Shown: positions 8,745 to 17,726, numbered from the stretch's first letter. The stretch is 20,765 bases of DNA from an uncultured bacterium (GCA_964372275.1 CAYJRR010000005.1:62001-82765), one strand, 5' to 3'. A program made the numbers and translations. The notes: a model not told the origin generated them from the letters alone.

Positions 8745-9929
8745 TCACTCTCGGGAGAAGGTCAGCTCCGTTCCCGGATCGGGGATCCAGTAGCGCGGCG
8801 GCTCCCCGGGCAGCGCGTCGGCCAGGCGGGCGCGGATCTCCTCCTTGTCGAGGAAGGGGAGCGGCTCGATCGGTTCGTCCTGGGGGCGGAAGAAGTCCTC
8901 CCAGTGACCGACGACGGCGTAGCGAGGCTCGAGTGCGGCCAGGATCCCCGCCGGATGCCCGGCGACCGCTTCGTAGTTGCCACCGTTGACGATCGCCAGG
9001 TCGACCGCCTTCTCCGTCAGCAGCTCGGGATGGGGGTGGCTCACCGGCGCCTCGGCGGGGGCGTCCTGGTAGTAGACGCGAAACGCGGGGGAGCCGGTCT
9101 CGGGATCGAGGAAGTCGATCAGGAACGCCAGCGTCAGCCCCTCTTTCCAGTCGGGGGCGTCGGTCGGCGGCGAGCAGGGATCCTCTTCGACGCACCCTTC
9201 GCCGAAGTGGATCCCCGCGAACTGATCGGGATGACTCGAGCAGAGCGCGCGCACGCGCATGTGGCTGTCGGGGATCTCGACCCAGCGCCCCTCCCCCTGC
9301 CGCGCGCCGACGCAGGGCGGAAGCGACGGGCACATGCGGTAGTCGACGACGTCGTCGGTCGGGTCGGAGAGCGCGAACACGGGTTCGCGCGGGAGCTCGG
9401 CCCACCAACGATCGCCGGACGGTTAGAAGCCGGGCGACGGATCGGGGGCGAAGCCGGCGAGCAGGTGCCGGCCGCTCCGGTTGGTGTAGACGAAAGCGCC
9501 GGCCGTTTCGGTCCACACGTACGGGACGTCCATCAGGTGGTCGTAGTGCGCGTGGCCGGAGAGGATCGCTTTCGATCGCGAGACGTCGCCGAGGAAGGTG
9601 TCGACGCGGACCGGATCGGTCTTCACCACGCCGAGCGTCACGTCGAGCATGCTGGGGTTGGTGAATAGGGGCGCGGTCAACAGCTCGTCGTCGCCGACGG
9701 TCAGTTGAAATCCGCCGACCCCGAGGAAACGGACCCGCATCGGCGATGCCGCGTCCGGCGTACCGGTCGGCTCGGGCGTGGGGGACGCGGGTGGAGCGTT
9801 CGACGTGGCGTCGCCGCCGCCCCCGGTCCGGCACCCGAGCGCTCCGGTCGTCATCGATCCGCCGACCAGGAAGGCGAGAAGGCGGACGATTGCGGGCTGC
9901 GTGTGGCGATCGGTGCGAGATTTCGTCAT
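8745..9929 (-). pseudogene. Metallo-beta-lactamase-fold lipoprotein interrupted by an in-frame TAA (9423-9425)
   Basis: Track ORFs 9423..9986 and 8745..9380 share one frame. The first half has lipobox ALGC, VRFLGVGG and HAHYDH; the second has SSH and VVGHWEDFF. GGAGG SD precedes ATG 9929. Confidence 0.75.
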
Positions 9930-10029
9930 CGTCGACAGGCCTCCGAACGGTCCGCCCCTCGGGCTCTCCCGGGGACTCCCCGTCACCCCTCAGGAGGGGG
10001 TGCGCCCGACCTGTCGCACGAATAATGGC

Positions 10030-10055
10030 CCACTGATCGACATGTCAATCAGTGG
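10030..10055. promoter_or_regulatory. 26-bp near-perfect palindrome (operator) containing a TTGACA -35 on the minus strand
   Basis: CCACTGAT-c-GACATGTC-a-ATCAGTGG, one mismatched pair, in the intergenic region upstream of the MBL gene. Confidence 0.6.
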
Positions 10056-10087
10056 CTGGTGATTCATCCAGGCGCGCGAGCGCGCGC

Positions 10088-10450
10088 CTACGACCCGCGG
10101 TAGACGCAGCGGGCGTCGCAGGTCTCGAAGACCGTCACCGCCGCGATCGACGGGAGCGGACCGCGCAGTCGGTCGAAGATCCAGCGGGCGAGGATCTCCG
10201 ACGTCGGGTTCTCGAGCCCGTCGACCTCGTTCAAGTAGTGGTGGTCGAGCCTCTCGAAGAGGGGCCGCCACGCCTCGTCCAGCAGGCCGTAGTCGAGGAA
10301 CCAGCCGGTCGAGACGTCGACCGGACCCTGGACCGTGACCTCGACGCGGAACGAGTGGCCGTGGAGACGCCGGCACTTGTGTCCCTCCGGGACGTGCGGA
10401 AGTCGGTGGGCCGCCTCGAAGCGGTACTCGCGAACGAGCTCGACGTTCAT
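10088..10450 (-). CDS. queD: 6-carboxy-5,6,7,8-tetrahydropterin synthase (6-pyruvoyl tetrahydropterin synthase family)
   Basis: FEAAHRLP..PEGHKCRRLHGHSF, LDHHYLNEVDGLENPTSE, ET; 120 aa; ATGA overlap with the upstream gene. Confidence 0.95.
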   Translation of the reverse strand: MNVELVREYRFEAAHRLPHVPEGHKCRRLHGHSFRVEVTVQGPVDVSTGWFLDYGLLDEAWRPLFERLDHHYLNEVDGLENPTSEILARWIFDRLRGPLPSIAAVTVFETCDARCVYRGS

Positions 10451-11265
10451 GGCAGGACGATCGCCCCACCTTCTACCACGGAGCCGACGCCCAGCACGCC
10501 GGTCGAGGCGTCGAGCGCGCGCTCGGTCGAACGGCGCCGGGTCAACGTGAGGACCCCCGAGCCGGCGGGGAGCGCGTCGATCTGGTCTCCGGGGATCTCG
10601 AACATCCCGTCGTCGAAGACCCGGCACGCGAGCAACGTCACCGCCTCGCCGGCGATCGTCAGCTGCAGGTCGAGCCGGTCGCGGTCGTCGACCGCGTCCC
10701 AGCCGACCTGCAGCGGCGCCCGCGGGATCGTCGCCGGCGCTTCGCGGAAGTCGGGGGCGTAGAGCGACAGCGCCGCCGGCATCCGCACCGCGTCCGCCAC
10801 CGTGACGGGAAGCAGGCCGTTCGCGCCGGAGGCCCCCGGAATCTCCAGGTCGAACGACAGACCGGCGCCGGCGACCGACGGATCGGCGTCGGCGCGCGTC
10901 AAGTAGAGGATGGCGCCGTCCTCCCCTTCGAAGCGGTCGAACGGGAGGGCGATCTCGGGTCGCCGAAGCGTGACGAGCGCACCGGCGTCCCGCCACGAGA
11001 TCGGCCGGTCGTCGGCGACCGGCGCCGGATCGACCCAAAACAGGCAGCTCTCCTCCGGGACCGTCTCGTCCTCCGGCGCGGGTCCCGGCGGGTCGAAGAA
11101 CGAGGCCTGGCCCAACAGCGAGCTCGAGGGGACGGTGCCGGCCAGGTCGTATCGGGTCAGGTCGACCCGGCCGCCGCGGTTCTCCGGGCCGTCGATCGCG
11201 CCCGAACCTCCGGTGCACGCCGTCGCGAGCAGCGCCACCGTCGGCAGGAGCGGAAGGCGGGGCAT
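10447..11265 (-). CDS. Hypothetical lipoprotein
   Basis: Lipoprotein signal MPRLPLLPTVALLATAC; WRDAG motif; C-terminal CRVFDDGMFEIP. Confidence 0.75.
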   Translation of the reverse strand: MPRLPLLPTVALLATACTGGSGAIDGPENRGGRVDLTRYDLAGTVPSSSLLGQASFFDPPGPAPEDETVPEESCLFWVDPAPVADDRPISWRDAGALVTLRRPEIALPFDRFEGEDGAILYLTRADADPSVAGAGLSFDLEIPGASGANGLLPVTVADAVRMPAALSLYAPDFREAPATIPRAPLQVGWDAVDDRDRLDLQLTIAGEAVTLLACRVFDDGMFEIPGDQIDALPAGSGVLTLTRRRSTERALDASTGVLGVGSVVEGGAIVLP

Positions 11266-11299
11266 CCGCAGCCAGTCTAGACGAGAGCGATCGGTCGGG

Positions 11300-12142
11300 C
11301 TACCCGCCGCGGACGGCGCGGCCCGCCGTTCCGACGACGGCGCCCCCCGTTCCGGTGACCGCCGCCTCGAGGGCCGGCCACGGCGGCAGGACGGCGGGCG
11401 GCGTGAAGGAGACGACTTCGCGGACCTGCCGGTCGCGCCCGATCCAGACTTCGCGGGAGAGGGTTCCCAGCCGGACCTGCCACACGGTCAGGACCCAATA
11501 GCCCTCCGGGACCCCGCGGAAGGCGAACTCGCCGTCCGACCCGGTCACCGCCGCGAACGGCGCCGTCGTCGAGACGACCCACCCACCCGACCACGGGTGC
11601 AGATCACAATCGAGTCGGTGGATTCCGGGCGCGGTCATCGCCTTGGAGATCCGGGCGCCCGGGGGGAGCGCTTCGCGGTCGAGCGCGTGCAGCGTCCGGT
11701 CGGTGTTGGTGACGTCGACGCGCGAGCCGATCGGAACGACGGTGACGTACGAGTCGACGTCACATTGAACGATCTTCAGCGAGTAGGTCCGCGTCGGTTG
11801 GGGCGGAACGGCCCGCTCCGGGCTCTCCAGCGTGACGACCGCGTGGCGAACCGCCTTCGAGCGGCTGTCGACCACCAGGCTCCGGTCGATCACCAAACCG
11901 ACCCCGCACGCGTCGGCGTCGACGGTGATCCGGCGCAGATTCGGTGGCGGCGGCGGTCCGTCGAAGACCACCTTGCCGGCGAGCGTTCCCCCCGAGGTGC
12001 TGAACAGGAGCGCCAGCGGCTCCGACCGGCCCTCCGGCCCTCGCGGCGCCAACCCGTCGCCGGGCTCCGCGCGCCACGACGACGTCCCGCATGCGAACGC
12101 GATCCCGGCCGAAACGAGCAGCGCCATGCGCCCGCGACGCAT
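11300..12142 (-). CDS. Lipoprotein with cupredoxin-like / carboxypeptidase regulatory-like domain
   Basis: Lipobox IAFAC; GTLAGKVVFDG, DADACG, NTDRTLH, CDLHPW, PFAAVTGSDGEFAFRGVPEG...LTVW. Confidence 0.75.
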   Translation of the reverse strand: MRRGRMALLVSAGIAFACGTSSWRAEPGDGLAPRGPEGRSEPLALLFSTSGGTLAGKVVFDGPPPPPNLRRITVDADACGVGLVIDRSLVVDSRSKAVRHAVVTLESPERAVPPQPTRTYSLKIVQCDVDSYVTVVPIGSRVDVTNTDRTLHALDREALPPGARISKAMTAPGIHRLDCDLHPWSGGWVVSTTAPFAAVTGSDGEFAFRGVPEGYWVLTVWQVRLGTLSREVWIGRDRQVREVVSFTPPAVLPPWPALEAAVTGTGGAVVGTAGRAVRGG

Positions 12143-12224
12143 TCCGGGAGGCTACCATCGCGAACGCCGGGAATTTTGGGGGTTGTCGCCGCCGCCGCGG
12201 TACTGTCCAATACCGCCGCTTCAC

Positions 12225-12297
<73 letters not shown>

Positions 12298-12308
12298 CCC
12301 GCCGTGAC

Positions 12309-15197
12309 CTAGGGCTGACGTAGCGGACGTCCGAGCTGGTCGTGCGTGAACGATGCACGCACCCGCGTCGGCGGGATCGTTTCCAGGACGTCGACCTCCT
12401 GCTCGTATTCGAACGACCCGCCGAGTGTATCGAGGCCGGGGAGCGCGTCCTCCTTGTCGATCTCCACCAGCAGCGCACGGCGATAGGCGGTGACCGACAG
12501 CGTGCCCTCCCGCCCTCCCGGAGCGATCGACACCAGCGCGCGCTCCTGCTCGAAGATCCGGGACAGGGACGTCTCTTTCCAGCTCTTGTTCGCCGCCACC
12601 GAGTCGGGCGGCATCGCCGGCGCCGCGGTCGTCAGCAGGTCGTCGATCCGGACGAGTCGGGGAGACTCGCCGATCCGCGAAAGCAGCCACCGCCCGGGTC
12701 CGGACGGCGTCGATTCGAACGCCGATTCGATCCGCGCGCGGATTTTCGGGACGGCGTCGGCGATGTCGTAGGCGTTCGAGGCCGCCCATCCGTCGAACAG
12801 GCGAAGCGCCGTGTCCCGATCGAGCCCCTGCAGATCGACGTGCCCGGCCGGAGTCGCCGGTAGGATCCCCGCCGCCAGCGTCGCGACGTCGTCGAGGCTG
12901 TCGACCTCGTACGAACCGCCGCCGGCGAATCGGCGTCCGAGCACCGAACGCACCGGCGCCGGGAGCTTCTCCAGCACGATCTCGCCGGCACGGCCTCCGA
13001 CCGAGAAGCCGTTCGGAACCTGGAGCAGCCCGAGGTCGCTGGTGAAGCTCTGGAAGGCCGACTTGTCGGAGCTGCCGGTGTGGATCCGCAGGTCGAGGAC
13101 GTAGTTTCCGGAACCGTTCGAGCGCGCGCGCCGGCGGGCGAGAGCCCGGGCGTCGGGATGGAACGGGATGCTCTGCGGGTGGATGCCGGTCCAGGCCGCA
13201 ATCGCGAGCTCGCCGCGCCACAACCGGATCGAATCGTCGCCGTGCCGTGCAACGTGATCCCCGAGCGACGGCGAGGCGAGCGGCGAGTGCTCGAAGGCGA
13301 TCTGCTCGTGCGCGGTCCGGAAGCCGTTCGGATTGCCGGGCGCGGCGGCGCCGGGGTCGGCCGTCTTCGTGAGGACGTAGGCGCGCGCCCGCTCGAACAG
13401 CCGGTTTCGGTGGAGGCGTACGCGCTTCGCCCCCTCCTCGTCACCTGCCTCGCGTAGAGCGTGGCTCAGGTGCCAGAGCTCGAGGTCGTGCTGTTGATAG
13501 CGGGAGATGGCGAACGACGCGCGCGAGCGGTTCTCCGCGAAGTGTTCGGTCGGAGCGAACAGCGCCTCGTCGTCGCTCCGGTCGGGATCGGCGAGCGCGA
13601 TCAGCTCCGCGTGCAGGTAGGACGGGAAACGCGGTCGGTAGCGCTGGTCGGCGGCGATCGCCTCCCGGTCGGAGCGGACGCGCGCCCGGGACGGATCGGC
13701 GGAGAGAGCGGCGAAGACGGCACGCGTGTGCCGGGTCAGGGTGTCGAGCGCCGACGCCGGATCGCCGACCGTCGCCAGCCGGCGCATCAGGAGCAGGTGG
13801 CCGACATGGCTCAACGGCTCCAACTCGCCCGCCGGGTTGGCGAGGTACGCGCGTCCGGCGACGTCGTAGACGAAACCATCCTGCGCCATCGCGAACGGCA
13901 TTCCGTCGAATCGGACGACTTCGCCGCCGGGCGGCGAGAGGTCGATGTTCGTTCCGCTCCGGCCGGCGATCAGGTTCTCGAGGTACGCGGGCGCGCCCAG
14001 GCGGAACATCGACCCGGCGGCCGGCGTGGCGTAGGGATCCTTGCTCTTGCACTCGTAAAGCGGGTCGAGCGCGTAGCGCGGGTCGTCCTGGAGCTGCCGC
14101 ACGGTACGCACCATTCCTGCCGAGATCTCTGCCACCTGCTGGTCTTCGGTCCGGGTCAGCTCCTCGTGGTCCTTCATGATCGGAGGCAAGAGGCCGTGCT
14201 CCATCAGGATCCGATCGCGGACCAGCCGTCCGATGCGGCCGTTCGCTTCGTGGAACGGGTGGAGGGCGATGAACTTCTGCTCGAACCGCGCCGCCAGCCG
14301 GATCGGGTCGATCCCCGGCTCGCGGAGAGCGGCGCGTGTCTCGGCAATCAGGCGGTTCAGCTCCGGCTGGACCCGGTCCGGCCGGACGTAGAAGAGGAAG
14401 CCGCGCCGGGCCTCGGGGCGAGGTCCCGTGATCTGGGAGAGCGTGACGCCGTGGGAGCGTAGGGCCCTCTTCTGTTCGTCGGTGAACGGTCCGACGAGCG
14501 ACTTGTGCGCCGAGGCGTGAGCGCGAACGACGCCGGGCTCCGGCGTTCCACCCCGCACGACCACGCGCCCGAAGAAGAAGCCGGCGTCGTAGGAGCCCTG
14601 CGTCTCGGGGACGTAAGCGATCCGGTTCAACTCCGCCAGAAGCCCGAGGTCGAGGGCATCGGCCAACGCGCCGACCGGAATCTCGGCGAGCCGCGCGTCG
14701 GCGCGCATCCAGGCGCGGAACGCCTCTTCGCCGTAGGCGTAGCGGAAGTCGCCATCGGTGCGTCGATCGCGCGCGACGAAACGCGCGGCGTGAATGCGGC
14801 CGACGCGGCCGGCGAAGAAGCGCGCTCCGGGCGCGCGCAGGCGGTCGAGAAGGCTCCGACCGCAGCTCTGCCACTCCGCCGTGGTTGGAAGCTTGCGGAT
14901 CGCTTCCCGTTCGTAGAACGCGTTTCCGTCGGGATCCTCCGCCGGGCGCAGGAACGGGAAGGCGGCACGGATCGCGGCGGAAAGCGAGCCGATCCCGGCC
15001 GGTGGCTCGGGGGCGCATTCGGCCGGAACCTCGTCCGGCGGTTCTGCCTCGGGCCCGGCATAGCCGGCAACCGTCGGAATCGGCGCCGGGGACACGCCGG
15101 ACGGCGCGTCGGCGGCGGCGACGCCGGGTAGCGCCGCCAGCGGTCCGAGGACCATCGCTGCCGCCGAGAACCACCGAATCGACGTTCGTCCGCGCAC
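12309..15197 (-). CDS. Secreted Fic-domain protein with putative C-terminal ADP-ribosyltransferase domain
   Basis: Signal peptide ending AAA|DA; Fic motif HPFHEANGRIGR (14226-14261); LWRG (13212-13223), SFTS (13038-13049), EQEV..IP (near 12396-12404). Start is GTG 15197 or ATG 15155. Confidence 0.85.
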   Translation of the reverse strand: MRGRTSIRWFSAAAMVLGPLAALPGVAAADAPSGVSPAPIPTVAGYAGPEAEPPDEVPAECAPEPPAGIGSLSAAIRAAFPFLRPAEDPDGNAFYEREAIRKLPTTAEWQSCGRSLLDRLRAPGARFFAGRVGRIHAARFVARDRRTDGDFRYAYGEEAFRAWMRADARLAEIPVGALADALDLGLLAELNRIAYVPETQGSYDAGFFFGRVVVRGGTPEPGVVRAHASAHKSLVGPFTDEQKRALRSHGVTLSQITGPRPEARRGFLFYVRPDRVQPELNRLIAETRAALREPGIDPIRLAARFEQKFIALHPFHEANGRIGRLVRDRILMEHGLLPPIMKDHEELTRTEDQQVAEISAGMVRTVRQLQDDPRYALDPLYECKSKDPYATPAAGSMFRLGAPAYLENLIAGRSGTNIDLSPPGGEVVRFDGMPFAMAQDGFVYDVAGRAYLANPAGELEPLSHVGHLLLMRRLATVGDPASALDTLTRHTRAVFAALSADPSRARVRSDREAIAADQRYRPRFPSYLHAELIALADPDRSDDEALFAPTEHFAENRSRASFAISRYQQHDLELWHLSHALREAGDEEGAKRVRLHRNRLFERARAYVLTKTADPGAAAPGNPNGFRTAHEQIAFEHSPLASPSLGDHVARHGDDSIRLWRGELAIAAWTGIHPQSIPFHPDARALARRRARSNGSGNYVLDLRIHTGSSDKSAFQSFTSDLGLLQVPNGFSVGGRAGEIVLEKLPAPVRSVLGRRFAGGGSYEVDSLDDVATLAAGILPATPAGHVDLQGLDRDTALRLFDGWAASNAYDIADAVPKIRARIESAFESTPSGPGRWLLSRIGESPRLVRIDDLLTTAAPAMPPDSVAANKSWKETSLSRIFEQERALVSIAPGGREGTLSVTAYRRALLVEIDKEDALPGLDTLGGSFEYEQEVDVLETIPPTRVRASFTHDQLGRPLRQP

Positions 15198-15211
15198 GGC
15201 CGCGGCCTGAG

Positions 15212-15227
15212 TGCAGATTCAGTGCCA
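15212..15227 (-). promoter_or_regulatory. Putative sigma-54 promoter of the Fic gene
   Basis: Minus strand TGGCAC-tgaat-CTGCA, one mismatch from the TGGCAC-N5-TTGCW consensus. Confidence 0.6.
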
Positions 15228-15378
15228 TCGGTGCCGGATCCGCGCGCCCACCTCGCGTGACGGAAGCCGTTGGAGACCGGGAGCATTTCAGCGCGGCGCA
15301 AACTCGGGGCCGATTGCCGGCGCCAACCGCACGTGGACGTCCCACCGTCGCCACGGCAGAGATGCCCCAAATGGCGTC

Positions 15379-15412
15379 CGCGGTCGCGGGAACGGCCTCC
15401 GCCGCGACCGCG
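15379..15412 (-). terminator. GC-rich hairpin downstream of dctM (possible terminator)
   Basis: CGCGGTCGCGG / CCGCGACCGCG 11-bp stem with a 12-nt loop, about 25 nt after the dctM stop; no clear U-tract. Confidence 0.35.
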
Positions 15413-15435
15413 ATCCCGGACGCGATCACGTGACG

Positions 15436-16944
15436 CTACGGCGCCGGGGTGGTCGCGGCGGTGGCGTCGGAGGGCGTTTCCCCGGACGGTGCGCCTCCGC
15501 CTTCCTGCTCGCGTTGCGCCTTCGCCTTTCGCATCATCTCTTCGATCGACATCAGCCCCGGCTGCGAGCCCCCCTCCTCGGCCGGCGGGGCGACGCCGGG
15601 ATCGGGTGCGGCGTCGGGCGGCGGCGCGGGGCGGGTGAACGGTTGATAGAACGGCTGCCCCTTGAGCGCCTTCACCGGCCCGATCGAGATCGTCGGGATG
15701 TAGGTCACGAGCAGCAGGCCCACGCACAGGATCCCCAACGTCTGGAAGACGGCCTTGGTCACCCTGCCGAACGGACGCTTGAAGATCGCCGCGGCGACGA
15801 AGAGGTTCGTGGCGATCGGCGGGGCGAGGTAGCCGATCTCCATGTTGACGATGAAGACCACGCCGAGGTGCAGCGGATCGATCCCCAGCGCCACCGCCGC
15901 GGGGGCGACGATCGGGGTGAACAGCACGATCGCCGAGATCGAGTCCATGAACATGCCGGTGACGACCAGGAAGACGTTGATCGCCAGCATGAAGCCGACC
16001 GCCGACAGCTCCCATTCCCGGACCTTGGCGAGCGCCACCTCCGCCACCTGCCGCTCGACCATGAAGTCGTTGATCGCGAACGACAGCAGGATGATCAGGA
16101 GCAGCCCCCCCATGCTGGAGCAGCTGCGGACGATCACCCCGGGGAGCTCCTTCCAGGTGAGCGATCGGTGGATCATCACCTCCACCAGCACCGCGTAGAC
16201 GACGCTCACCGCCGAGGCCTCGGTCGCGGTGAACAGCCCGCCGTAGATCCCGCCCAGCACCACCACCGGCAGCGCCAGCGCCCAGACGCCGCGGCGGAAG
16301 GCGCCTCGCAGCCGCGCCATGGAGAAGGCCTGGCCTTCCGCCACCGGACCGGCGCGAAGCACCGCGTAGAGGCTCAAGGAGCCGGCGATCAGCAGCGCCG
16401 GTCCGATCCCAGCCATGAACAGCTCCCGGACGTCGACGGCGGTGCTCCCCGAGACGCTGATTGAATAGACCAGCATCGGAAGCGAAGGCGGGATCAGGCA
16501 GCCCAGCGATCCAGCGGTGGTGAGCAGGCCGACCGAGAACGGCTCCTTGTAGCCGGCCTTGCACATCGCCGGGAACATGATCCCGCCGATGGCAATCAGC
16601 GTGACCGGACTCGATCCGCTGATCGCCGCGAACACCACGCAGGCGACCACCGCCGCAACGGCCAAGCCTCCGCGCATCCAGCCGACCAGCGCCTCGGCGA
16701 ACTCCACCAGCCGCTTGGAGATGTCGCCGGCGGTCATCACCGCTCCGGAGACGACGAAGAACGGGATCGCCAGGAAGACGTTCTTGGTGGTGATGCTCAC
16801 CATCTTCACCACCAGCGCCTGCTGCTCCTCCAGGGTGCCGTATCCGGCGTAGAGATAGAAGGCCACTGCGCCCACCATCCCGATCACCGCGAACAACGGC
16901 ACGCCCATCGCCAGCAGCAGGAGGATGAGCAGCGTCAGGATCAC
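15436..16944 (-). CDS. dctM: TRAP transporter large permease
   Basis: LAIPFF, FAAISGSS, GSLGCLIPPS, LFMAG, GGIYGGLFTATEA, GIDPLHLG, IGYLAPP; GTG start overlaps the dctQ stop (GTGA). Confidence 0.93.
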   Translation of the reverse strand: MILTLLILLLLAMGVPLFAVIGMVGAVAFYLYAGYGTLEEQQALVVKMVSITTKNVFLAIPFFVVSGAVMTAGDISKRLVEFAEALVGWMRGGLAVAAVVACVVFAAISGSSPVTLIAIGGIMFPAMCKAGYKEPFSVGLLTTAGSLGCLIPPSLPMLVYSISVSGSTAVDVRELFMAGIGPALLIAGSLSLYAVLRAGPVAEGQAFSMARLRGAFRRGVWALALPVVVLGGIYGGLFTATEASAVSVVYAVLVEVMIHRSLTWKELPGVIVRSCSSMGGLLLIILLSFAINDFMVERQVAEVALAKVREWELSAVGFMLAINVFLVVTGMFMDSISAIVLFTPIVAPAAVALGIDPLHLGVVFIVNMEIGYLAPPIATNLFVAAAIFKRPFGRVTKAVFQTLGILCVGLLLVTYIPTISIGPVKALKGQPFYQPFTRPAPPPDAAPDPGVAPPAEEGGSQPGLMSIEEMMRKAKAQREQEGGGAPSGETPSDATAATTPAP

Positions 16945-17726
16945 GACGACGCCTCGTCGCGCGTCTTCGCGCCTCCGGTGAAGGCCGCGATCGGATCTTC
17001 CCCTTCGGGGGCCGAGGCCCCGTAGAGGAGGAAGCGCATCGTCATCACCGCGAAGGCGATCGGCAGGAAGCCGTAGATCGTCCACATCGGGACTTCGAAC
17101 CCCTCGAAGACGCTCGCGACGTGACCCGAGTCGCGCCACTCGACGTAGTGGTAGCGGGTGAATCCGATCGACAGCAGACCCAGGAAGGCGGCGAAGGCGG
17201 CCGTGATCGCGCGGGCGGCGCCGCGGACGGCCGGCTGCACGGCCTTCGGCCAGATCCGGCCGGCGACCTCGAAGACGATGTGGGCGCGGTCGCGGGTGGC
17301 GATCGAAGCGCCGATGAACCCGACCCACAGCATGAAGCAGAGCGCCATCTTCTGCGACCAGATGAGGCCGTTCGGCATCGCCCACAGGAACAGCTTCATC
17401 CCCGCCGACAGCCCGGCGGTCGCCGCCGCGGCCCAAACGAGTGCTCGGCGGGGGGGGATCGGCGTCGGGAGGGCCGCCGAACGCAGCGCGCCGTAGGCGA
17501 CCCCGAACGTCGCCAGCAGGATCGCCGCCGGCGCGAGGAACCCGCGGACCATCGACTCCATCGCCGCCGGCGTGAGCGCGAGCAGGAGGCGCTCCACGCG
17601 CCCTTCGCTGGAGCTGAAGACGCGGTGGACGGTATCGCCGAAGACGGCGAGGGCCATCACGGCGACGAGGAGGACGGTGAGCCCCCGCTCGACGGCGAGG
17701 ACGGCGTCATCGATCTTTCGCAGCAT
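16941..17726 (-). CDS. dctQ: TRAP transporter small permease (extended)
   Basis: WSQKMALCFMLWVGFIGASIATRDRAHI DctQ signature; P.W..Y...P near the C-terminus; coupled to dctM. Confidence 0.85.
   Translation of the reverse strand: MLRKIDDAVLAVERGLTVLLVAVMALAVFGDTVHRVFSSSEGRVERLLLALTPAAMESMVRGFLAPAAILLATFGVAYGALRSAALPTPIPPRRALVWAAAATAGLSAGMKLFLWAMPNGLIWSQKMALCFMLWVGFIGASIATRDRAHIVFEVAGRIWPKAVQPAVRGAARAITAAFAAFLGLLSIGFTRYHYVEWRDSGHVASVFEGFEVPMWTIYGFLPIAFAVMTMRFLLYGASAPEGEDPIAAFTGGAKTRDEASS

Noticed and set aside
9423..9425. Selenocysteine or pyrrolysine readthrough in the MBL gene
   Set aside because: The stop is TAA, not TGA or TAG.
9940..10010. Glycine, TPP or cobalamin riboswitch
   Set aside because: Only fragments such as GGAGAG and CTGAG are present; conserved cores are not in the right order.
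10071..10088. GGCGCGC hairpin after queD as an intrinsic terminator
   Set aside because: Short pure-GC stem touching the stop codon with no U-tract; likely chance.
10088..10450. 7-deazaguanine DNA modification (dpd) defence island
   Set aside because: Only queD is present; no dpdA/tgt-like, queC or folE genes in the window.
16945..17436. N-terminal extension of DctM in the ORF track (666 aa), suggesting a QM fusion
   Set aside because: The extension overlaps dctQ in another frame; the GTGA overlap at 16941-16944 gives a normal start.
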